Positions 10,527-20,699 of a stretch of 64,000 nucleotides of DNA are shown one piece after another. Within the stretch, counting starts at the first letter, position 1, and the number at the start of each line of letters is the position of its first letter. Source of the DNA: Carpediemonas membranifera BICM (lineage: Eukaryota > Protista > Fornicata). The notes below the pieces were generated by a model, which worked only from the letters and a program-made list of their open reading frames with translations, made no database searches and was not told where the DNA came from. The position numbers were made by a program, and so were the translations under genes. The stretch lies in contig JAHDYR010000064.1 in the NCBI GenBank assembly GCA_019828565.1, positions 727,162 through 791,161 of the forward strand, written 5' to 3'.

Positions 10527-11877
10527 ATGCTCTTGAAGCGTTCGAAAACGTTTGGTAAGCAGTTCTTTATCTTCTATGACAGCGCTGAGATCAGTCAGGC
10601 CTCATCAAACGCGCAGGGAGATGATCAAGTGCTCACTTCTTCGTAAGTTCCTTCTGCCCGATGACAAGATCCTCACCGCCCTTCTTCGTGATCGTAAGTA
10701 CTTTCCCCATACCTTTTTACACAGATATTGGCTGGAAAACGCTTCGCAAGCTCTTCAGGTCGCCTCACCTTATCCTGCACCTAAGAGAAACTGCCGAGGC
10801 TCAGCTTGAGCTGATCACGACATCGGCTGAGCTGAAGAAGGTCATGGGAGATCATGCCTACGACAGCCTTGTCCAGAAGGTCCGCCGAGAAGTGTCTTCG
10901 GATCACGAGCACGACGTTGGAGGTAAGTACTCCAAATAACTCCTGCTTATTCAGTCCTTTCGCTGCTCCGTGAGCGCATAATGCGCAAGGTGAAGCCAGG
11001 AAGGTCGGGGGTCGTCCGTTCGTTCAAGAACAACGCCGAGCCTGAGCTGTCGGACCCGGTCGACGTGCAGTTCGACCGGATAAGGCACCTGGACGCGCTT
11101 CTGATGGACTCTCCCGTCCACAGAAGTACCCTGAGTGGCACATCGCGCCTCCTGCGCCGCCATCTTGCCGTGGAACACAACGGTGCGATCCGTGATTTGA
11201 AGAGGGAGCTTTGGCAAGCCCGGGCCAAGATTGAAAAGCTCGAGACGGAGAAGCTTGTGCCCTTGAAGAAGGAGGCTGAGGTCATAGACCTGGATCGGGA
11301 GGCTTTGGTGGCCGCAGACCCCAAAGATGACGTCCAGACCATCATGGAGAAGACCTCTAAGAAGTTTAAGAACGATACAAGCTCTCTGAAGCGGTCTGAG
11401 GTGCCTGGGGATGGCTCATGCATTCTCAGCGCCATGCATCTCATCAGGACTGGGTCCCAGCCTACTGTTGGTGAGAAGCTTCAGCTGTACGAGGACATCC
11501 GATCCTTCTGTGAGGGCAAGGGGTTCGAGGGCGACCCGTTCTCTGAGATGCCTGGCTCCCCTTTCCCCTGGGCAGACCATGAGGCCATCCAGGCCAGTGT
11601 AGAGCTGAGTCACACTCCGGTAATCATCACCCAGATCGACGAGGACCTTACCTGCCTCTGGGTCCACAAAGGTTGGGAAGATTCAGAGTTCTTGCCCATC
11701 CAGGATGCGACGCTGGACAAGATCTTAGGTCTTTGTGAGAGCATGAAGCTCACTCAGTTCATCGTCATCGAGAATCGTCATGCCTGTGTCTACAGTCTTC
11801 CGGACCGCAAGCGCAAGGCAGCTGCCGCAGAGCCCGAGAAGCGTGCTACTCGTCCGGAGGATGTCACCCGCTCATAA
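10527..11877 (+). CDS. OTU-like cysteine protease/deubiquitinase with coiled coil (cargo; 5' exons inferred from several GTAAG...AG mini-introns, main ORF 10981-11877)
   Basis: EVPGDGSCILSAM (OTU Cys box), WADHEAIQA, ENRHAC (His box). Confidence 0.72.
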
Positions 11878-11950
11878 ATGATTGATTGAATTGATATCTC
11901 TTCAAGTTTATTCACTCTTGCCTTGAGTCATGCGCGCAGTGTGGAAGCGC

Positions 11951-12859
11951 TTACGGGCGGGGTTGGACTTGGTCTTCCGCTTGCGGGGCTGCGGCTTGAC
12001 CTGCAGTATTTTTGAACTGCTCCACCTTTCGAGCGAGGTAGTGAGGGTCATCTATGGCGAGACTCTTGAAGCGAGCAACCGGGTGCTCCTCTTCATCGGC
12101 CTCAAAGTAGGTCTCGCCATAATCGATGCGCAAGAACTCGCCGCGAACGATGTTGGCAGTGGCCCTGACCGATATCACTGGCAGGCCATCCACCAAGACG
12201 TCCACGAACTCACAGTTGACATCGTCAGGGCTGTGGTTAATCAGGTGGACACCCGCTGTGGCCGACATGGCATCGACGGCGACCTGACTGTCAGCGAATG
12301 ACATGCTGTGTAATGGTAATGGAATATGCGAAACAAACACCATCTGGCCGTTGTTGCTGGCCGTCTCAGCATCGGGAATCAGCTTCCCGAAGTATATGCC
12401 GAGACATGTGCCAGCTGAGATATCCTCAGTGGCAATCATGCCTCGGCCGACGCTCTGCGTCCGATTGAGGGCCGGATGGTCGGGCTCCTGGGTCAGACGG
12501 GGGTCGCAACGGGTCTCGGATGAGATCCAGGCCGGAGCAGGAATGGCCTGAAGGCTTATCTCATCCGAAATCAGCCGCTTGACGTCCTGCAGGTCTGAAC
12601 CCGGGTAAACATGCGTCCACCTAGGGTGGACGTGCATGACGGACCCCTCGACGGAGTCCTCCTCGGCTTCAGACGAGCTGGATGAATGGGAAGGCGACTC
12701 GGGAGGCGGAGGAGGAGGTGATGCTGCCGTTACAGTCGTTTCCGCAGGACGTTGATCCTGCGGAGAAGCAGATGACTCAAAAGTCTTGTTGGGTGGATTT
12801 TGAGTCCTTCTCTTACCTACCGGTTGCTGCTTCCTTGCGGACATCTTTCTTCTCGCCAT
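11951..12859 (-). CDS. SET-domain lysine methyltransferase (cargo)
   Basis: GRGMIATEDISAG...YFG, LINHS...NC, RATANIVRGEFLRIDYG. Confidence 0.9.
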   Translation of the reverse strand: MARRKMSARKQQPVGKRRTQNPPNKTFESSASPQDQRPAETTVTAASPPPPPPESPSHSSSSSEAEEDSVEGSVMHVHPRWTHVYPGSDLQDVKRLISDEISLQAIPAPAWISSETRCDPRLTQEPDHPALNRTQSVGRGMIATEDISAGTCLGIYFGKLIPDAETASNNGQMVFVSHIPLPLHSMSFADSQVAVDAMSATAGVHLINHSPDDVNCEFVDVLVDGLPVISVRATANIVRGEFLRIDYGETYFEADEEEHPVARFKSLAIDDPHYLARKVEQFKNTAGQAAAPQAEDQVQPRP

Positions 12860-13055
12860 ATCTTCGTTCTCTTTTTTTTTCTCGCAACTCCCGATCCGAA
12901 GAACAGGCGCATCGCTGATCAGATCCGAACAATACTGCAGTAGCATGCATAAATAGTGTAGCAATGAAGGTATACCTCTTTACTTGGATCAAAAAGCTTG
13001 TCCTTTGCTTCAAATCAAAATGTGCCATTCATGAAAAAAAAATGGCACATTGCAA

Positions 13056-13910
13056 ATGGACGAGAAATACGGAGAATTCGGCACGCGACGCATCAGTAAG
13101 GACCAAGAAGTCTTTGAATGTGTCTGTGGTAAGGTTCAGCTCAGGCGTGGACATCGCGGGATCGGTTTCAAGTCTTCTTCCTCTCACGAGTGTCCTTTTA
13201 CAACAGAGAAGTTGATTAACCGACGGGTGCTAATCACCATCGAGCCGCTGCATGGTTTCGAGACCCCGACTCAGCCCTACCCCGTCTTCCGCGTGGAAAG
13301 TCTTGCCAACTCATCTGGCTATCATTTCAAGCTCAAGACGGCTCTAGAGCTCGTTGATGATGAGTGGCTGACTGCCGTTGCCCGCACCTTTAAGTCTACG
13401 TCCCATCTGGCCGAGGTACTTGAGGAGTTGGCGTCGCAGTACTCTAACTTCGACACTTACTGGGTGATATCGGGTCATTCTGATACAGAAACGTCGCGTA
13501 TGATCATTGATACGTCTACGAACGAGTTTCTGTATCACCATGATCTGGTCCAGCTCATCCTCAGGTCATTCGAGAGCCCTTCCTTGGTGAGATCGACGCG
13601 TGTGCGTCTGATTTACTTTGCCACCTGCTCCGGACTCGACAGATCTGAGGAGTCTCAGCTGTGCAGTGCTATTTCGACAGCCAAGTACAAGAACACATGC
13701 ATTATCCTCACTCCTGAGAAGGTTCTGGCGCATGAGCTTGTTCTCCAGGACGCCTATTGGCTCTACCGCGTGACATGCCTCGACAATCCTCTTTTTCTTT
13801 CTGACGAAGTACTTCTCTGGCTATCGTTTCGCGCCTGGCTCAGCAGGAAGACGGATTATAGCCAATGGTTCCTTGTCATTTCCCAACGAGGCCAGGGTCA
13901 TCATGTCTGA
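13056..13910 (+). CDS. Putative caspase-fold (clan CD, CHAT-like) peptidase (cargo)
   Basis: Strand-His WVISGHS followed about 50 aa later by strand-Cys LIYFATCSG. Confidence 0.5.
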   Translation: MDEKYGEFGTRRISKDQEVFECVCGKVQLRRGHRGIGFKSSSSHECPFTTEKLINRRVLITIEPLHGFETPTQPYPVFRVESLANSSGYHFKLKTALELVDDEWLTAVARTFKSTSHLAEVLEELASQYSNFDTYWVISGHSDTETSRMIIDTSTNEFLYHHDLVQLILRSFESPSLVRSTRVRLIYFATCSGLDRSEESQLCSAISTAKYKNTCIILTPEKVLAHELVLQDAYWLYRVTCLDNPLFLSDEVLLWLSFRAWLSRKTDYSQWFLVISQRGQGHHV

Positions 13911-14104
13911 GACTAGCTATGCCCGGCCCATTCCTCTTCCTGAAATGCAAGACATCGTTTCTGATGTCAACGAGTATGACCCGTTAAGAACCGACCAGAG
14001 AAGACTTATGAATGATCGATACATAAGCATGATGACCCGTGCGCTTGAGAGAGACGTGTAGTAAACAGATATATATACAATTTATGATCATCTCTCACTA
14101 AACA

Positions 14105-15004
14105 CTAAACAATCGGTCTCATGCCCTCTACTCGCTTATAGACAACCTTACATTTGCTGCAGAGGGGAACGATGTACAACTTGCCATCAATGGTGTACTG
14201 CACTTCCTCAGAGCAATGCTCACAGTACCACCAGTGACAGCCTCGGCAGCAAAGAAGAGTAGAAGCCTGTTCTTCTGCTTTCTTCGTGTTCTTGGATCTT
14301 AGGCCCTTTTTGCACGCCTGGCACTTGTTGCTAGAGCCGGTAATATAGCACGCGGGACAGTAGTCCTTCTTGCCCTTCGTCCTGACACATTGCTCGTGCA
14401 GGAAACCTTTGCAAGCACAGCATCTCCTGAACGTAGTGCCGTCTGGATTGAAGAACCACTCGGGGGTACCACACACAAGACATCCAAATAGCATTTTGCG
14501 CTGATGAAGGCTAAGGAAAGTCGTCTTACATGTCTCGGGTTCGGTAGGCGGGTCTCTCACACGGGTCTCTGAGACAACGTCGTTGATCAGGACCTTAATA
14601 CGGTCAACAACAGCATCGGACACGTTGTTAGACACCTGCTGCAGATCGTCGTCACCAAGCCTGGGTCGCTTGGCTTCCTCGTCGTCAAAGACGATCTTCT
14701 TCCGAACCGGCACCGATCGATCTGTCGTTGACTGAGGTGTGTCTGCTTCATCACCAACACCAAGTGAAGACAGTTGCGTAGTCGACCGTATCGGTGGGAT
14801 CTCTGCATTGATCATCGTAGTCGGGGTCGATTTGACCGTTGCCTTTTGCTTGACAGGCTTATATCTCACCCGGTTGATCACAGGCAAGTTCTCAAGGCTG
14901 ATTGAGTCGGAAACATCGTTCAGTCCAGCATCTGAGAGAACTTCTGAGAGCATCTGGCGGAACTCGGCATGGCAGGGCTGACTACGGACAGCAATGTGCT
15001 GCAT
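14105..15004 (-). CDS. Tandem PHD/zinc-finger protein (cargo)
   Basis: CLVC...CCAC...LHEQC...YCPAC (C4HC3) followed by a second Cys-rich finger. Confidence 0.8.
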   Translation of the reverse strand: MQHIAVRSQPCHAEFRQMLSEVLSDAGLNDVSDSISLENLPVINRVRYKPVKQKATVKSTPTTMINAEIPPIRSTTQLSSLGVGDEADTPQSTTDRSVPVRKKIVFDDEEAKRPRLGDDDLQQVSNNVSDAVVDRIKVLINDVVSETRVRDPPTEPETCKTTFLSLHQRKMLFGCLVCGTPEWFFNPDGTTFRRCCACKGFLHEQCVRTKGKKDYCPACYITGSSNKCQACKKGLRSKNTKKAEEQASTLLCCRGCHWWYCEHCSEEVQYTIDGKLYIVPLCSKCKVVYKRVEGMRPIV

Positions 15005-15172
15005 GACAGAGCCATTGTACTCCGCAGAGGGTCTAACTGCTGTTATAAACGTAGTAACGCCGACAACAGTCGTCCGCCTGACCTGTTCCCGGAGTTCAAT
15101 TGACTTGAACCCAGGGCATTCGGCGGCGACCCTGCGCTGGACCTATCGATCTAGCCATTCTTACAGTATGCC

Positions 15173-18100
15173 AGCAACCATCGACGTCGAAGGGTCCTTG
15201 GCAGTTCAGGCAGAACCCCAAGCAGGCCACACCATTCACACCGACACCCCCCAACAAGCCCCAACAAGGCAGCGTTCAGAACGTAGAGCATGCCGAGCAC
15301 GCTTACTCGCCGGGCCGGCTTCTCCGGATTCCAGTGACGATAGGTGACACGCTTATCTCAGCGACGGTCGACCCTGGCTCCGTAGTGTCCACCATCTCGC
15401 TGGACCTCGCCAACGCACTCGCCCAGTTTGGCAGGAGGGGCCCCGACATGGTCCAGCTGACGGGCCCTGACGACCAAGGTCTCCAGCAACACGGCACCTT
15501 CGAGACAACGCTGGTCGCGGACCGCTTGGGCGACCGCCGAACGATCATCGATTGGCCCCTGCACGTCATCAGCGGCAGGGCCGATAAGGTCCTCATCGGC
15601 TCGGATATATTGTGGTTCTTAGGCCTCATGTCCGACGAGGGCATCATGCTTCGCCTCCGCCCGCAAGTTCACGACGGCGAGGACGAAGGCCTCCCCGACG
15701 ACCAGACCGATGACTTCCACGCAGTCAACAACATCGTCAGCGACGACGCGGGCCCACTTGGCACACGCATCGCAAGCGACTTCCCGCTCAAAGCCGAGAT
15801 GGCTGATGTCATCCGCCGGCACGCACCGGTATTCGGCGAGCTGCACCCTGACGGCGCCCAGATCGCCGCCGCAACGATTGACATCGTGCCAGGCGCACCC
15901 CTACCCAACCATGCCCCTCGACCGCTCACGGCATCCACCGCCGAAAGAGTGCACGAGATTATCGACGACATGGACAGACAGGGCATCGTACGCGATTCCT
16001 ACAGCCACGTGGCATCCGCAGCCGTCATCGTAGTGAAGAAGTCAAGCGAGTTACGACTTTGCGCCGACTACCGCGAGCTTAACTCGGTAACTACACCAGA
16101 CAGGTTCCCCCTCGCAGATATCCGCACCTTCACCAACGACTTCATCGGTGCCAAGTACTTCTTCGCTTGTGACCTCCGGTCAGGTTTTCATCAAATGCCA
16201 GTACGCGAAGACCACAAGTACCTCACCGCTATAACGCTGCCAGGCCGGTTCAAAGAGTACAACTTTGCACCCTTTGGTCTTCGTAACCTACCGTCACAGT
16301 TCCAGCGGGCCATCCAGGCAATCCTTGCCCCTGTGCGCGCCGACGGTACGAAGAACTACATCGATGACATCTTTGGTCGAGCCAAGACACCTCAGGAGCT
16401 TCTAGACCACGTCGACCGCCTACTCTGTATCGCAGAGGAACGCAACGTCCGCCTCCGCGGCGACAAGTGTGTCTTCGGGGCGACGTCTATCGAGATCCTC
16501 GGCGATATCGTCGATGGCAAGGGCCGCCGCATGAGCCCTACTCGTGTCAGATCCATGCAGGACCTCGCCGCACCTCACTCGGTCAAGGACCTACGCATGA
16601 TCATCGGTATGTTCACATACCTCAGTGACTATATCCCCGACTGCCAGACACGCCTCAAGCCGCTCCAGGCCTTGGTCAGCAAGGTCCCACCCTACACCTT
16701 CAACGACTGGGACGACACGCTTCAGGCTCTGTTTGATCAGCTCAAGCAGGCCGTGACAGACGAAGAGGTCCTCGCCCATCCGGACCAGAGCAGGCCCTGG
16801 CGCCTCGAGACCGACGCCTCTCTCGAAGGCATCGGCGGTGTCTTACTGCAGCTTGACTCGGACAACACATGGCGCGTCGTGTCATTCTTCTCAAAGGTCT
16901 TCAACGACACACAGTCGCGTTGGTGCACGTACGACCAGGAGCTGTTCGCGATCATCTACTGCCTCACTCGGCCTGACCTCTCGCCCATCTTTAGAGTCCA
17001 CCAGGACCTGACGATCTGGACGGACCACCGCAACTTGGTCTACCTGCACTCCAAGGCTGGCCAGGAAAACCGTAAGCACCTCCGCTGGCTGCTTATGATC
17101 CAAGAGTTCGAGTTCGTCATCAGACACATCGCAGGCGTGCAGAACACACTGGCCGACGCACTCAGTCGATACAACCCGCAGGCCACAGTCACGCAGGTCA
17201 ACAACGTCTCAGAGGCCGAGCTCGACGAAGACGCCAAGCGCAAGATCGTGCAAGAAGCTCACCGATACCACGAGGGCGAGCAGGCCACCATCAGGAACGT
17301 CCGCCAGCTTGGGCACGATTGGCCAGGCCTCCACTCCGACGTGCACGCAGTCGTGTCAACCTGCGTGTACTGCGCTAAGGCACGCCTCTCCGCTTTCATT
17401 AAGACCACAACGCAGTCTTCTCTGCGCGACCGACCCTTCCAGACCATCGCTGTAGACACCATGGGTCCTTTCCCTGTCGACTCCGAGGGTTTCAGATACA
17501 TCGTGGTGGCAACCGACATGTTTACCCGCTTCACGGAGCTCATCCCCACAGCTTCCAACAACGCGACGACGGTCGGGCTGGCACTTTGGTCCATCATCGG
17601 ACGCTACGGTGTGCCTCGCGAGTTCCTTTTCGGACAACGGCCCCGAGTACCGCAATCGGATGATAGAAGCTTTCCTTGATCGCTTGCAGGTCACGTACCA
17701 CCGGACAATCCCTTTCCACCCTCAGTCAAACGGCCTGGCCGAGAGACGCAACCAGGAAGTCAAGCGACACTTACGTGTGCTCTGTCTGATGTTTGACCGT
17801 TACGACGCCTGGGCCTCCGTGATCCCATACGTCCAGTACATCCTGAACACTACGGTCCACTCCGTCACCGGCGTCGAACCCATTGCTCTCTTGATGGGCA
17901 AGCATGCCTCCGCTCGCGACTTCACGATCGCACCCAAGGAGGAGGGTAGAGTTCATACTCCCCTGGACGACATAGCCTCCTACATCGACGCGCTCACCGA
18001 GCACCTCCAGATCCTCGCCGACCAGGCCCTCAACCGCCAGCAGGCAATGACAAGGACCGCAGAGCCGACGCCCCCGATCGAGCCGGGCACTCTGGTCCTT

Positions 18101-18472
18101 CGTAAGAACGAGAGCCCCACGAAGCTACACGGCCACCGCGGCCCATTCCGCATCACAGCCGCCGACGGTTACGCAGCGGAGATCACGCCGCTCACTGGCG
18201 GCAAGAGCCGCCGGGTCCACCTGAGCCAGTTAATCCGCATCTGCCAAGGCCCCCTCAGCGACGCCGAACTGTTGCGCATCGCGGCTACCGACGACGAGGA
18301 GTATTACGTCGAGAAAGTCCTAGAGGTCGACGACGAGACTGGCGACCTCCTCATTAAGTGGCTCAGCTTCCCTGAGGTTAAGGCCACGTGGGAGGGTCCC
18401 AACTCTGACGCCGCCCGCACGTCCGTCGTGCGCCGTCACCTCGAGGAGAGGGGTAGTGTCCCAATCAATTGA
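15173..18472 (+). CDS. Element B pol: protease, RT, RNase H, integrase, chromodomain (frameshift at T-run near 17628)
   Basis: VDPGS, LRLCADYRELN, YIDD, LETDAS, TDHRNL, HHCC, DNGPEY, QSNGLAER, EEYYVEKVL...IKW. Confidence 0.93.
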
Positions 18473-18509
18473 TTAAATCTCTTTCGCTAGCTGTTCTATC
18501 CATACCACA
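18457..18509 (+). repeat. Family B 3' LTR (53 bp)
   Basis: Identical to 3314-3366; contains the pol stop codon. Confidence 0.95.
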
Positions 18510-20606
18510 GATGGCCGGGATGCCGTGGCGGCAGATAGACGCCCAGATAGCGGCGGCAGCCGCGTCTGCATTGTTCGAGGGGGCTGGCACGAGCTCAGTA
18601 AAGTGCGTGAATGTGTCAGTAATCACGACGACATACCGGTTGCCGGCCGAGTCCTCTGAGATGGGGCCGAGCGTGTCGACGGCTACGCGTTCGAATGGTG
18701 TGCTGCTCGGGGTCGCGCCCATCTTCAGCTTGATGAAGTTCGCCAGACGGGTCTTCTGACAGATCAAACAGGCGTTGATCAGGTCGGATACGGTGTGTTC
18801 GAGCTGTGGCCAGTCGTAACCCAAGTCACGCACGGCCTGAGCGGTCTTCTTGACGCCCAAGTGCAGCCGGTGGGCCTCGGCTAGGACGTCGCGACGCGCG
18901 TCGGCGGGTACGAATGTGCGACCGTGATACTTGACGACACCGTTGACGATGGTGTGCTTGGAGGGTCTCTCGTCAGCGTGCTCCTTCTGAGAGGCGAGCA
19001 CTCTCGACTCTAGCGTGTTAGCCGTGACCTCGGCGATCTCTGCGGGGCGGGTCTGGAAAGGGAAACGGCTTAAGAAGTCGGCCGTGACGTTGGACTCGCC
19101 CGGGACGTGGTGGATCTTGAGTCTGAACTCCAAGAACGACAGTAGCCATCGGCGATGCTTCCGATTGTGAGCGGCCATGCGGTGGAGTGCCATCAGATTC
19201 TTATGGTCGGTGAACACGGTCAGATCGGGGTGGCCCAGGAAGAGAGAGTACATGTCAGGACGTGTCAGACAGTATATCAGAGCATACATCTCCTGGTCGT
19301 AGGTGCTCCATCTTTGTTGAATGTCCGAGAACGCCTTGGAGAAGTAGGCGACGACTCTCCAGTCTGTGGGCGTTTGCTGTTGTAGGAGTATGCCGCCTAG
19401 GCCGAGGAGACTAGCGTCCGTCTCGAGGCGCCAGGGTTTGGAGAGGTCTGGTATGGCGAGTGACTCCTCAGAGGCGAGCTGTGTCAGAACAGCCGCGATA
19501 GCCTCTTGGTGTGCTGAAGTCCACACGACCTTGGCGTCCTTGCGGAGGAGGCCATTGATGGGCGCTAGGATGCGCTGGCAGTCAGGGATAAAATCTGCCA
19601 CGTAGTTGATGTGGCCGAGGATCTGACGTACCTCGTGCGTGGTCGTCGGGCGTGGGAGGCTCTTGATCGTGTCAATGCGTGAGGGCTGAGGGCGACGACC
19701 GTGTTCGGAGACGATCTCGCCGAGACAGTCGAGAGTCTGGTAGCCAAAATGACACTTCTCGGCGCGCAGCCTGATGTTCTTGTCACTGAGTAGAGCGAGC
19801 GTGCGCTGGGTGCGCATGACGAGTACCTCGGGCGATGGCGCGCCAGCAAAGATGTCGTCTATGTAGTTCCTGACGCCCTCTGAGTATACCGGGCGCAGGA
19901 CGTTGGCGATGGCCCGCTGGAATTGTGCGGGGAGGTTCTTTAGGCCAAACGGGGCGACCATATATTCGAAAAACTCGCCCGGGACCCGCACCGCAGACAG
20001 GTAACGGTGGGCATCCTTCAATGGCATCTGGTGAAACCCTTGGCGAAGGTCTAGACCGAAGAAGTACTTGCTGCCGACGAGGTCCTTGATGAGCGTGCGG
20101 GTATCTGTCATGGGGAAAGCGTCAGTCACAGTTGCCTCGTTGAGGGCCCTGTAGTCTGCGCAAAGTCGTAGTGGGCGGCGTCCGTCCGCGTCGGGCTTCT
20201 TCTGGACAATCACAGCCGGGCTAGAGACTGGGCCGTGTGCGTCGCGGATGAGCTGGGCTTCGTACATTTCATGGAGCTGTCGCTTGATCTCGGGAAGCCA
20301 GTCAGCGCGGATGCCGCGTGGGTTGGCTTGTGGCAGAATGGCGTCCGGCTTCAGGTCAATGGTGGCTTCCGCGATGTCGGCGCCGCCGAGAGGCAGCTTG
20401 GGGTCGAAGACGTCGGCGTTGGCCTGGAGCACAGCGAGTAGCTCGTCGTGTAGAGGGAACGAGGGGTCAATGTCGAAGGTTGGCGTGGCGAAGGACGAGA
20501 CGTCGTCCGGCAGGTCGTCAGTCTCCGAGTCAACCTCGTCGATGTATTGATTCTGGGCCGGTGTGACATCGTCGGCGGGGTCCTCCGCTGACGGTGGTAG
20601 CTGAAT
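18510..20606 (-). CDS. Element A1 pol middle section: RT, RNase H, integrase N-terminal half
   Basis: LRLCADYRALN, YIDD, LETDAS, TDHKNL, HLG...CLIC, VAVDTLGP. Joins 25132 (GINI|QLPP) and 3313 (HGIPAI|LHTD). Confidence 0.93.
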
Positions 20607-20682
20607 TGTCACAGCATCTCCCTCACTCCCAGTGCACTTTAAGGTAAATGGATTTCCCCGTTTTCTGCTGCCATCCGGCACA
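20607..20682 (+). repeat. Family C 5' LTR (76 bp)
   Basis: tgtcacagc...ggcaca, identical to 25056-25131. Confidence 0.95.
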
Positions 20683-20699
20683 GTGATCACTCCTGGAAA

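Larger units (their letters stand above)
4502..15170 (+). mobile_element. 10.7-kb cut-and-paste DNA transposon (CMC/CACTA-Chapaev-like) with chromatin-enzyme cargo
   Basis: Perfect 21-bp TIRs CATACTGTAAGAATGGCTAGA (4502-4522, 15150-15170); 2-bp TSD CC; the empty site restores the B gag-pol frame. Confidence 0.9.
3314..18509 (+). mobile_element. Ty3/gypsy chromovirus family B, inserted in A1 integrase and interrupted by a DNA transposon
   Basis: Identical 53-bp LTRs (3314-3366, 18457-18509), 5-bp TSD GATGG (3309-3313, 18510-18514), PPT 18443-18456. Confidence 0.95.

Noticed and set aside
4504-15168. Reading the DNA transposon as Tc1/mariner-like with TA TSD and CTGTAAG termini
   Set aside because: That empty site puts gypsy B gag out of frame with pol and hits a stop. 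CATAC termini with a CC TSD restore the frame and extend the TIR.
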